Below the pieces are notes generated by a model. The model was not told the origin of the DNA. It worked only from the letters and a program-made list of their open reading frames with translations, and searched no databases. The translations under genes and the position numbers were made by a program. From Felis catus (lineage: Eukaryota): 64,000 bases of DNA. Where the stretch lies: positions 8,124,001 through 8,188,000 of the forward strand of contig NC_058383.1 of the NCBI RefSeq assembly GCF_018350175.1. The letters are read 5' to 3'. Shown here piece after piece: positions 50,400 through 61,418 of this stretch (the first letter of the stretch is position 1; every line of letters starts with the position of its first letter).

Positions 50400-51190
50400 T
50401 CTCATGCCGCTCTCATCGCTACGACCCACTGCGCGACGCTACGACCCACTGCGCGACCCTCCGCACCACGTCTGACAGCTACCTTCCCCTGAGCCAGGGC
50501 CGACACCCCGCCTTGCGGCCGCCCTCCTGCCTGGGCTCCCGAAAGCCGAGGCAAAGCCTTCTCTGTCGGAAGGGCGGGTGTGGCTGCGACCCCCGAGCTC
50601 TCTCCGACCGCGGAGGCGAGAGGCGAGTAACGGTCGCAGCTCGGACCTCGCGCACTGGCCCGGCTCCTCCCCCCGCCCCCAACTACAATTCCCAGAGGCC
50701 TCTTCGGCGAGCCGTTCACCGCGCAGACGGGCCGGGCTCGTGGGCTCTACAACCGTCGGCGGTCTGGGACTGAGGAACAGTCCCCACAGCTTCCAAACAG
50801 ACAGGTCACGTGTCCCTGCCACCCAGGCCTTGGTCTTGGGTCCGAGGAGACGGAGCCCTTGCGCCGGAGAGAGGCCATGGAAAGACAGAACTACAGTTCC
50901 CAGAGGGCCCCGGGTGCACTCCGCTTCCGGTCGCGCGGCCCCGAACCGGTAGCACCGAACTGTTGCTAAAGGAGACAAACCCCGAGTATTTGAGCTCCTG
51001 AAGCCCGTGGACAGAGGAGCGAGAGACAGAGAAGAGGGACAGAGGAGGAAAGGAGAATGGGAAACTTGGTTATGAAGCAACGGCAGGGAGCACATCCCCG
51101 CCTGTTTACCTTTTCCACGGACGCTCAGGGCCGGAGCGAGCCTCGCACAGCCCTCCGGGAAATGCAGGCGACGCCGCACTAAGGCCTATG
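50400..51190. promoter_or_regulatory. CpG island, probable bidirectional promoter
   Basis: CpG-dense; ZNF143-type AACTACAATTCCCAGAGGCC (50681-50700) and AACTACAGTTCCCAGAGGGCCC (50889-50910); GC box; ETS CTTCCGG ~50924; minus-strand donor AAG|GTAGCT at 50483/50482. Confidence 0.8.
50418..50457 (+). repeat. Perfect 20-bp tandem duplication
   Basis: gctacgacccactgcgcgac x2. Confidence 0.9.
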
Positions 51191-51576
51191 GGAACCGTAG
51201 TCATTGATTAACTGTCACTACGTTGAGCACCTGCGAAAAACCCGGCAAGCTGAACGTAGTGGCAGAGGGAGGCTTGAGTCGCCTTCTTCCTTCTTGTCCA
51301 CCCAAGCACAAAATTTACCTCCTACACAGTTACAGAACCTGTCCCGTTTTCAATGCCGTATTTCAGACATTCCGCATTTCCTAGTCGACCTGCCCCCAGT
51401 CATGTTCCCCTAAGTCTAGTCTCTACGGCCACCAAAATAATTGTCCCTGTTCTGCTTAGGGGTCTTCAGCAGCTAATAAAATCAAGTCCGGGTCCATGCT
51501 CCTTGACCGACATGTATATTTGACCTAACTTACTGTCTTACGCTAGCTTCCTTATACGTAAGAACCATTCTTTTTA

Positions 51577-51994
51577 GGGGGCGCCTGGGTGGCTCGGTCT
51601 GTTGAGCCTCCAATTCTTGATTTCAGTTCAGGTCATGATCCCAGGATCATAGGATCGAGTCCCGTGTGGGGGCCTGCTTAAGATTCTCTCTCTCCTTCTA
51701 CCCCTCTCCCCTGCTCGTGCTCTCTCTTTCTCTCTCTCTCTCTCAAAAAAAGGACCATTCTATTTAGATTGTTCATCTCATTTGTGATTGATACCTTAAA
51801 ACCATTGTCACTGCTTTTTTTTTTTTTAAGTTTGTATATTTATTTTGAGAGAGAGAGGGAGAGAGGAATCCCAAGCAGGCTCTGAGCTGTTAGCCTGGAG
51901 CTGGATGCAGGGTTCTAACCCACGAACCCTTAGGTCATTACCTGAGCTGAAACCAAGAGTTGGAGGTTTAACAGACTGAGCCACCCAGGCGCCC
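51577..51994. mobile_element. Inverted pair of Can-SINEs
   Basis: + copy ~51577-51752, - copy ~51815-51994. Confidence 0.82.
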
Positions 51995-53489
51995 TGTCAC
52001 TATTTTTTTTTTAATGCAAAGCACAACTTCCTGCTTTTAACCGTTGCATCCCCCCAAAAGGGTGCTAAATTCCAAGTGTAGTTGGATTTGCAAAATATTC
52101 TTGAAATGTACTTGAAATAGGTTTCTATAAGTAGAAACCAAGTCACTAAATACTTTGATAAAATCAGAATTTTATTCCTCTGGACAAAAGATTTCATTAC
52201 ATGATATGGGTAACACACACGTGGGTGTTTTCCAGGCCTCGTAAAGTCACACAAAAGAGGGAAAAAAGGATAGTTCTGTATAAACTCCACAAAACTCCAG
52301 TTAGACAAAATGCAACATAGGTGAGTTATTTTTATTTTGCATAGCACTTTGAACGTCTGAAAACTAAAATTATGCTCCCATCCAAAGACCTGCTTAAGCG
52401 TGAGGTAAATCTGCACTGAGGCTTTAGAGGAAGGAGGCATACTTTTTAAAGCTATCAGGAGGCCTAGATACGAATGAACCGTAGAGTGCAGGAAGACAGA
52501 TGAGGTGTTGCTCACATCAAAGCACTGAGAACTTTCCTTTTGAAGTGGGAATACTTGGCAGACACAACATTTCCATTGGCTTTTAACTGTGGTAGGAAGA
52601 ATGGCCAGTATCATAAATGTAGAGAATTATTTAACTGATAAAGCAGTTTCGAAGTCACATCAAAAACATGTAATCTGTTACCGTTTCAAAAGCAGAGGAG
52701 CTTCCTCCCTCCTCGCTAATTTAATTCCTTTGGATTTGGTTTTTAAAACAGGATCCTTCATTTGTTGCTTGAGGAAGGAACACATCTGTTGAGAAAGTAT
52801 CAGCCAAGGCCAAGAGAGTACCAACCATCAGGTGGGGAAGGCTAAAGTCAGGACCTAGAAGACATAGTTCAGCATAATTTTCTTAAGTGGTACAAACAGA
52901 TACTTTTTTAATGGGTATCTTTTTTTTTTTTTTTAAACTCTTGTACGTCTTCGGTTACCAGCAAATCTCTACTCTTTGTTCTAACAATTTCGCCTACGCT
53001 TTGGATACAAGGGTCTTCTGGTGTTCCACAAAAAGTATACTGATCTCCAGCAGCTTCCCTGAGCCCTTTCCAGATGTGGACACTCAGGGTGTGACAGGAG
53101 TGACTCACGCATAGCCTTCTTTGCAAGCTACAGCTTCAGTACTATCCCATCGTTGACTGGTGTCAGGAAATCTAAGGCTAAGTTCTCTCTGCAACATACT
53201 TGCAAGCCACTTTCTGGGTGCCTGGGCTTCAAGAACGGTTATTTGCCCTGGAGTGCTGTGCTTGTGGCTTCACTAGGTTGTCTCGGGGGTGACATTCTCT
53301 CCCTTGTTCACTGGTGGACTCATCTGTCCCGTTACCACGGGACAGGGGAGAGAGCAGGGGCGTGGGTGGGGTCCAGCTCTGTCCCTGTCCCTAACTTGCT
53401 GGGTCACCTCGGACTGGTCATTTGTTATCTCCCCTTACTCCCCACAAGCCTGCTCCTCTTCCGTTAATGCCGCAGCGAGCAGCACCTGG

Positions 53490-53670
53490 AGTGGGCTGAA
53501 TTATGGCCCCCGAAGATCTCGGGTCCCAGTCCCTGGGACACATGCTGTTTCATGACATCTTCGCAGATGTGATTAAGTGAGGGATCTTTAGGTGGGCACT
53601 TCATGCAATTGTAAGTGTCCTTATAACGAAGCGGCAGAGGGAGGCTTGAGTCAGATACAGAGAGGTATGT
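53490..53670 (+). mobile_element. MLT1-type LTR fragment
   Basis: gtgggctgaattatggcccc...gcagatgtgattaag...gtccttataa. Confidence 0.55.
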
Positions 53671-54004
53671 TCCGTGGGGCCATGCCAGTCATGCACTTGA
53701 CAGGAGACGGCCAGTAGGGTGGCCAGTGACACGCTGACAGAGGTCAGGAAGGCAACCAGAGGACGCGCCCCAATAGTAGCACAAACACTGTCCGGACACC
53801 CTGACACTGCAAGGAAATGGACTAGAACCTTGAATTGATTAAATATTTATCCCAGAGACTGAACTAACCTGGAAACTTAGAATCAACTGTTTTTCTATGT
53901 CTTGTGATCTAAAAAAAACAGTTGATTCTCATTCTCCACGGCCCTTACATTCTGTAAACTTGCCATGCACACTGGATTAGGGAATACCGAACCATCGCTT
54001 CTGG

Positions 54005-54790
54005 GTAAATACAGGGTTGTGTTCCTGTGTACCTCTGACCACACTTTCATCAGCCATCAACACGTAACCTTGTTTTATGGATGCTTCTGTTTACATTTCT
54101 TTTTATTTTTTATTCAAAATATTTTTTGATGTTATTTTTTGAAACAGAAAAGCACAAGCTGTGGAGGGGTAGAGAGGGAGACAGGAACCGAGGCGGGCTC
54201 CCCGGTGACGGCAGACAGCCCGATGCGGGGCTCGAACTCACGAGCGATGAGATCACGACCTCAGCTGAGGTCAGCCGCTTAGCTGACTGAGCCACCCAGG
54301 CGCCCCTATTATTTTTTATTTCAGAGAGAAAGAGAGTGTGAGAGCATGTGAGCAGGAGAGGGGGCGGAGGGACAGAGAGAATCTCAACCAGGCTCCATGC
54401 TCAGTGTGGAGCCCGATGTGGGGCTTGATCCCACCACTCCGCAATCGTGACCTGAACGGAAATCAAGAGTCGGGCGCTCAACTGACTGCGCTGCCCAGGC
54501 GCCCCTGGATGCTTCTGTTTAAAGACATCTTATTTAATATGTGTTGTTGATTCACTGAACTTACAGCCGACAGCGCTATAACTCACGCTGGAATGAGGCT
54601 CATCTAAAGTACTTGTTTCGTCTGTAAGGCACATTGCAGCCTTTCTGCGCTTAGGAACACCAGCCAGTGCTTCAGCTGGTGTTCGGGGGTCATTTTAAAC
54701 AGCGAAACCACTCACGAAGAGCACACAAATGTGAAAATGTGGCGCTGAACAGGCTGTGACAGGGACACCCGTTTACAGTAGGACGGCTGA
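54005..54790. mobile_element. Tigger-like DNA transposon with two nested Can-SINEs (~54096-54505, minus)
   Basis: ctgcgcttaggaacac...cattttaaacagcgaaa...cacacaaatgtgaaaatgtggc...gtttacagta; ggatgcttctgttta repeated around the SINEs. Confidence 0.6.
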
Positions 54791-55606
54791 AACAAGAAGG
54801 CAGAGCGTGGCCTTGATCAGCCTCCACTGGAAATGCGCATGTCTGGGGTTCAGATTTTTTGCCACTCTGAATAATGGTGAAAGTTGAGTTGTTGGTCTGG
54901 GGGTTACAACCACATTGCAGCCAGTAGGCAATCTGCAAATGCAGAACCCATGAATGAGGATCAACTGTACCTTTCTCTGGCCTCAAGTGTGGTCCAGGTC
55001 TCCCCATTATCTAGGAGGATGGGAGCGTGGGCTTTAGACCAATTACAGAAAATCCAGAATCCGTAACTTTTCCCCATATCTAAGGTGCAGTACTTAATTT
55101 CTGAACTCAACCTCGCCACTATCTAGAGGAACAGAATGGCAGTTCCACGAGGGTGGAGATTTTTATGTTTTGTTCATGCTGTACGTGGTCGGCGGCTAGA
55201 ACAGTGTAACATGACAAGTCGTCGTTTGTTGAGTGAATTAAGGAATGAAAATCCCATTCAAACCAACACACACGAATGAAACTACTATTGTATCGTTTGG
55301 CTCGGACGGTTATAATTCCTCTTGACGTCTAGGAAGAGGAAAGAAAAACACCTCAGCTTTCCAGCTCTTGGAGAGATCCGGGGCAAAGGAATCAGAATTC
55401 GACAATAGGATTTTCTCAACTGAATGAAGGATAGAGAATGAACGGTAGGAGTCAACTCCCTGGTAGACTGGTACCTTAGAGCAGACAAGGAAAAGCTCTT
55501 CTACGGCCACGGGGAGGACACATCAATAGCTGGACGAGATTCTAGATGTGCACTGGGAAATGAGCGGACCCCATCTGCAACGCGGAAGAGTCCGGATGAA
55601 GGCTGG

Positions 55607-55755
55607 TCACGTGATAATCGACATCTCCTCCCGGTCTCTGCTTTCAGACACTGAATTGACTATGCTCTTTAAATACTTTATGAACTCCACCCTGATCTCT
55701 TCAGGGTCATCCTCCAGGTTCGAGTGCACCAGCTTCAGCTTGTTCAAGGGGGGTG
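55607..55755 (-). CDS. IFT22: IFT22 exon 5 (stop)
   Basis: TTTCCTCCTCAAG acceptor; (S)PPLNKLKLVHSNLEDDPEEIRVEFIKYLKSIVNSVSESRDREEMSIIT*; TGA at 55609-55607. Confidence 0.96.
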
Positions 55756-56415
55756 CTTGAGGAGGAAACAATGTAATTAGGCATGAGCTTTGAACCAGGG
55801 GCCATTTCTAGCTCCCGCTGACCCGAGTCTTAACAGAAGCCAATTTGTTTAACTTTCTAGGGTCCAAAAATAAAGGTGGGTCTTGCCTGCCATGATTTAA
55901 CAGATGAAGGTTCTACCGATGCACTCACCATAGTGCTTGGCATATAACAGGTGCTCAATAAATAATGCCACCACACTGCCACCTGGCGTCCACTTCCAGG
56001 TCCTCTTTGTTCTTACACCAGAAAGGAAGAGATTTCTGAATATTGCGAGTCATTTTCCATGAGCACTTTGTCACCTCTGTAATGGTGTGTGTTACATGCT
56101 AATGGGAGTTTTTCTGGAGAAAAGACCAGTCAGGAAAGAATGTCCCTAACAGTACTGATGAGTGGCTAAAACCAGGTTTTCCCCCCTTGGTGTCTGCCTG
56201 CTTTTAAAGAGTCTCTTTCCTGGCCTGGATGCTATGACGGACAGATCTTCTAAGCTGGGGATGCCAATTTACATGGTAGGAAAAACAAATGCCTAGGACA
56301 CATTAGGTGCTCAATAATTGCACGTACCCACAGCTGGTTTCAAAGACCCAGAACAATATACAAGTGACCAGAACATTCAAGACAAGAGCGGGAAAGAGAA
56401 TTCCAGCCTCCTTAC

Positions 56416-56618
56416 ACAAAGACAGGTTTCCTTTATCACTTCCGGAGCCTGGTTTGTGGTGTGCGATCAACAGACACTGAGTGTCCTGTAGGAGCTGCTG
56501 CTGGACGAAGCAGGAATACCACATGTCGATTTCCTTCAGGTGGCTTGGGGTGTCGGCATTGAAGACGATCACCACCCCGTGGGAATCCTTCATCAGGGCT
56601 GGCCAGCAAGACTCGAAC
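56416..56618 (-). CDS. IFT22: IFT22 exon 4
   Basis: GCAG acceptor; FESCWPALMKDSHGVVIVFNADTPSHLKEIDMWYSCFVQQQLLQDTQCLLIAHHKPGSGSDKGNLSL; GTAAGG donor; 203 bp. Confidence 0.96.
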
Positions 56619-56696
56619 CTGCAAGGCAGCACTGGATTCAGAGCGGATGTTAGGTGCTTCTGGTTTCTACCTGTGGGACTTTAGAAATAATGTCTT

Positions 56697-56910
56697 GGGG
56701 CACCTGGGTGGCTCAGTCGGTTAAGCGCCCCACTTTGGATCAGGTCACGATCTCGCGGTTCGTGAGTCTGAGCCCCACGTGGGGCTCTGTGCTGACAGCT
56801 CAGAGCCTGGAGCCTGCTTCGGATTCCGTGTCTCCCTCTCTCTCTGCCCCTCCCCTCTCACGCTCTCTCTCTCTCTCTCAAAAATAAGTAAACATCAAAA
56901 CAATTTATAA
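56697..56910 (+). mobile_element. Can-SINE in IFT22 intron 3
   Basis: Typical SINE body. Confidence 0.9.
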
Positions 56911-57102
56911 AAATAACGTCTTCGTGTTAATTGACAGATGACTTCTCATTGTGTCATAACCCGATCCTTAAAGTTCTCAAGAGCGGTGCCCATCACCAAA
57001 TAATCGATCAAGCCCCTATACATGCTAGGGAGTGTGCTGGGCCCGGGTCCAGGGTGCTTGGCGGGCAGCTGGGTTGTGAGCCATTTGATGAAGCAAACCC
57101 TC

Positions 57103-57324
57103 TTTAATTTTTTTTTTTTTTCAATGTTTATTTATTTTTGGGACAGAGAGAGACAGAGCATGAACGGGGGAGGGGCAGAGAGAGAGGGAGACACAGAATC
57201 GGAAACAGGCTCCAGGCTCTGAGCCATCAGCCCAGAGCCCGACGCGGGGCTCGAACTCACAGACTGCGAGATCGTGACCTGGCTGAAGTCGGACGCTTAA
57301 CCGACTGCGCCACCCAGGCGCCCC
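57103..57324 (-). mobile_element. Young felid Can-SINE in IFT22 intron 3
   Basis: TSD gaagcaaaccctctttaa on both sides; CpG-rich, near-identical to 13310-13527. Confidence 0.92.
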
Positions 57325-57357
57325 GAAGCAAACCCTCTTTAAAGGAAATGTACGTAC

Positions 57358-57447
57358 TTGGGGTCACCGCCACAATCCCACAGCTCAAATTCACATGCCG
57401 TGCCTTTGTCGTTGCTGGTGACATGCGGGTTCTCAAATTCCAGGATC
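57358..57447 (-). CDS. IFT22: IFT22 exon 3
   Basis: TTAG acceptor; ILEFENPHVTSNDKGTACEFELWDCGGDP(K), containing the G3-like WDCGG; GTACGT donor; 90 bp. Confidence 0.96.
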
Positions 57448-57562
57448 CTAAGAAATAAAAACAGAGGCAGCATCTCTACTTCGGGCACGTTATACTCGTG
57501 GGATGCCACCGTCACCCAGAGAAGCGGGGGGCCCTCGGGGAGACAGATTTGTCGGGGCTCAC

Positions 57563-57639
57563 CTTACTCCCTGGGTCGGATTGTATTCGGTGATGTCAGA
57601 AGATTCTGTCAGGAAGTTGGCCAAAACGGTTTTTCCACT
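57563..57639 (-). CDS. IFT22: IFT22 exon 2
   Basis: CACAG acceptor; SGKTVLANFLTESSDITEYNPTQGV(R); GTGAG donor; 77 bp. Confidence 0.96.
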
Positions 57640-58845
57640 CTGTGGAAGTGAAAAGGATAAAAGGGCTGTGCTGAAGGGCAGGAAAGTAACAACAAGTGAG
57701 CCTCCAGTAGCCGGCTTGGAACTGGGCGTGGTGGCCACCACGGGATTGCCACGGCAGAGGGCTCTCTCCACTTGGGAGGAGCTCGCTGCCTTACTGTACG
57801 TGGTGGGCACGGCCTGCCCTGGGACCCGGGGTGCATGGGGTTCTAATGCTGTCTCTGCCGCTGGGTGACCTTACCCACGCTGACGTCCCTGGCTGGCTCT
57901 CCGTTAAATTGTCTGAGAACAGAAAGGAATTGTTAGCGTGAGTCTGCCTGCTGCCACGTTCCTCTCCGCATCAAGAAACCTCTCCTGAGGCCCAGAAAGG
58001 GGAAGGGAGTTCCTCAAGGTCACAGAGAAGTTCAAAGGCAGAGCTGGGTCCCTCAGTGGCTGGCCGTGCCACACCGTCACACAGGGCCGTTCCTCCGTTC
58101 CTCCTTCTAGATAATACAAGTCCCACACGTCGCTAGTAACAAAACAGCCCTCCGGGGCCCTCCGCCCCAAACACCCATCTCTCTGTCCGCTCCACTCCCT
58201 CCCCAAAGGTAATGACTATGATCCGTTTTCAGGTATTTTCTGTACATTTGTGCCATTCGTTTAACAAATATTGTATATGCTCGGATATAAGACAAGGGGT
58301 TTTTCTTCCCCCCAAATTATTCCTCAGAAGGGAATCTCTTACACTTGAGTCCTTGTAAAAATCTCTGAAATTAGGCCCTGCTCTCTCGGTTGTTTTATTT
58401 TGAACAATTGCTTGGCTAGAACAATTTCAATCAATGCCAGTTTGGGGGGCTTGTAGAAGTCACTTGAAAGAATCAGAAAAAGGTGGGGGGGGGGGATGAG
58501 GGCTTAATACGGTGCTAGTAATCTTTCCCGAGCATGCGGCCTCACAAATTAAATGTCACTTAAAAATAACACAGTTGAGTGGTTATGTTTGGGGAGATCA
58601 CGAATGTTTATCTATAGGATGAACACATAAAGCAAATGGCCCGATGTTGTAGGAATGGCTCTTCGGGCTGGAGTACATTTCCAGGAACAGGGTAATATAC
58701 AGATTCAAAAAGTCCTTATATCCTAAACTACTCAGATGATGGGCTTTGTGATGTGTTTTAAAAGTGGCTCTAGTCATAAAATTAACTTGGGTGTCCAAGG
58801 TGCAGGAGAAGGGCTTGAATTTTAAAACTGTGTCGTGAGGCACCA

Positions 58846-59668
58846 GGGGCACCTGGGTGGCTCAGTTGGTTAAGCATCCAACTCTTGGTTTCGGCTCAGC
58901 TCAATCTCATGGTTCATGAGTTCGAGCCCCAAGTGGGGCTCTGTGCTTGGGATTCTCTCTCTCTCTCTCTCTCTCTGCCCCTTCCCTGCTCATGTGAATG
59001 CTCTCTCTCTCTCTCTCAAAATGAATAAATAAAACTTAAAAAAAAAAGCTATCATGAAATGCAAGTATGGAATAAAACAGCATTTCCAAATTAATATATA
59101 TCTTAATGTTCCTTTAAATGTATACATAAAACATTATAAAGGTGTATTGATATATTTCATCTATGCCCTTAAAGTGTATATACACATGTTAGCCAACACC
59201 AATTGATTGAGGGGAAGGATTCTTCTGGAAAAATGAAGAAGCTGCCTGTTTGGTATGTAAGGTATTTTTAAGTGTCTATCCTGCCAGGTGCTGTTGAACA
59301 CATACGATAAAATAGTCCTAAGTACTAGGATAAAAATCAAACAAGATGGGGCGCCTGAGTGACTCAATTAGGTGTCTGACTCTTGGTTTCAGTTCAGGGC
59401 ATGATCTTGAGGTTCGTGGGTTTGAGCCCTGCATCAGGCTCCATGCCGGCAGCATGGAACCTGCCTAGGATTCTCTCTCACTCCCTCTCTCTCTCTGCCC
59501 CTCCCTGCTTGCTCTCTCGATTTGAAAAAAAATTAAAAAATCGGGGCATCTGGGTGGCTCAGTCGGTTGAGCGTCCGACTTCAGCTCAGGTCATGATCTC
59601 ACTGTTTCCAAGTTTAAGCCCTGCATTGGGCTCTGTGATGACAGCTTAGAGCCTGGAGCCTGTTTTGG

Positions 59669-59708
<40 letters not shown>

Positions 59709-60241
59709 CCTCCTCTGCTCAGGTTGTCTCTCTCTCTCTCTCAAAAATAAATAAACACTAACAAAAAAATTAAAAAATCAAACAGGACAACGTCATAGGG
59801 ACTTTGGGTGGTCAGGGAAGGCTGAATGGGTATTTTTTGAGAAAGAGAGAGAGAGAGACAGTGTGTGAGCAGGGCAGGGGCAGAATGAGAGGGAGACACA
59901 GAATCTGAAGCAGGCTCCAGGCTCTGAGCTGTCAGCACAGAGCCCGACGCGGGGCTCGAACTCACGGACCGTGAGATCATGACCTGAGCTTAAGTTGGAC
60001 GCTTAACCAATTGAGCCACCCAGGTGCCTCAAGCTATGCACATTAAAAAAAAAAAAATGTTTTTTTATTTTTGAGAGGACGAGAGAGTGCGAGTAGGGGA
60101 GAGGCAGAGAGAGAGGGAGACAGAATCTGAAGCAGGCTCCAGGCTCCAGGCTCCAGCTGACAGCTCAGAGCCTGACGAGACCCGGCGATCATGACCTGAG
60201 CAGAAGTCCAATGCTTACCCGACTGATCCACCCAGGTGCCC
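58846..60241. mobile_element. Cluster of five Can-SINEs in IFT22 intron 1
   Basis: + copies ~58846-59048, ~59348-59540, ~59542-59780; - copies ~59832-60030, ~60045-60241. Confidence 0.85.
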
Positions 60242-61300
60242 TGCAAGCTATTGCACATTTTAAAGTTAATCATTGGACTGCCAAAGAAGCTGTTATCAAT
60301 GCCCCATCAACGAATCCTAAAGTACTCACTTCCTTACAAGCATCCTCATGCTTCATGTTCCCAGTGTTCTAACCTTTTTGCATCCACTCTGCTGGGCAAA
60401 TTAGGGTCACCTTCTTGTTTTAATTTGTGTTCTTGTTAACTGTAGGCTGAATAGCTTCTTATACTTACTGGCCGGTTGTACTCATGTGCACAGACTCTGC
60501 TCGGTTTTCTGTTGAGTTCTCTTTACTGATTTGGAGACTTCCCTCGTGCTTGCTACCTATTCTTTCTTTGTGATGTATTTTGCAGATGCTTTCCCCAGGC
60601 TTAACTTCGCTGTCATCTCTTTTAAGGCTTCCTCAGTTTTGTGTTGTGCTTGAGGCGACTTTCCCTGTCTCAAGATGAATAACACATCTCTCCGTATATG
60701 CACATACTACAGTGATTCTCAACGCGGGGTCCCTGGACGAACAGCGTCAGTAAAAGGCAGATTCTGAGACCCCTCCCACACCCACTGAATCAAAACCCTA
60801 GGGCAGGACTGGCACGTTGTGTTTTTCACAAGCCCTCCAGGCCAATCGCGATGCGTGCAGGAGATGGAGACTATTCACTGGCTATTTCCACGTCGTTGTT
60901 GTTTTCCACACTTAGCTTTAGTCCAAGGGACTCTATTCCTGTGTATGACGTCCACACGTAGATTTAATTCCCACTACCACCACCATACACACACTGAGAG
61001 CGACCACAGTCCGCTTTTCTTGTCCCACAGGCATGTTCATTAGGGCCAACCTCACGGGCAAAGGAGAGTCGTGGAACCTAGACCCGGCTTCCAAAACGCC
61101 ACTCACGACGTTCAGGGCTCACGAAAACCGGGTCAAGGTCTGGGGGCGCCAAGTTCCCGCTGAGGCCAGCGGCGCACACCGGCTGGGCGCGGGGAGACGA
61201 GGTTCCCGCCTCCTGGGGGGCTCCTGGCGCCAGGCACAGCCCCGGGTCGCCCCCGCGCCCGCCCGGGCCCCGCCCGCCGCCCCCGCCGGCCGGGCCTCAC

Positions 61301-61339
61301 CTCGCAGGGCCCCACGAACAGGATCTTGGCCTTCAGCAT
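61301..61339 (-). CDS. IFT22: Intraflagellar transport protein 22 (RABL5) exon 1
   Basis: ATG at 61339; MLKAKILFVGPCE joins SGKT to form the P-loop GPCESGKT; GTGAGG donor. Exons total 39+77+90+203+149=558 nt = 185 aa + stop. Confidence 0.96.
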
Positions 61340-61404
61340 CGCGGTCGGCCGGAGCCCTCCCCGACGCGGAGGAGCGGAAGCCGCCGCGCCGCTTGGCTGC
61401 CTTC

Positions 61405-61418
61405 GTTTCCACGGCGAC
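61405..61418. promoter_or_regulatory. RFX X-box
   Basis: GTTTCCACGGCGAC (reverse GTCGCCGTGGAAAC) fits the X-box palindrome, ~66 bp upstream of the ATG of a ciliary gene. Confidence 0.65.

Noticed and set aside
50439..51179. 246-aa ORF in the CpG island
   Set aside because: Stop-codon depletion in GC-rich promoter DNA; low-complexity Arg/Gly/Pro content.
52000..52614. 204-aa minus-strand ORF in AT-rich sequence
   Set aside because: Non-ATG start, no recognisable motif or splice context; treated as chance, although I could not run a homology search.
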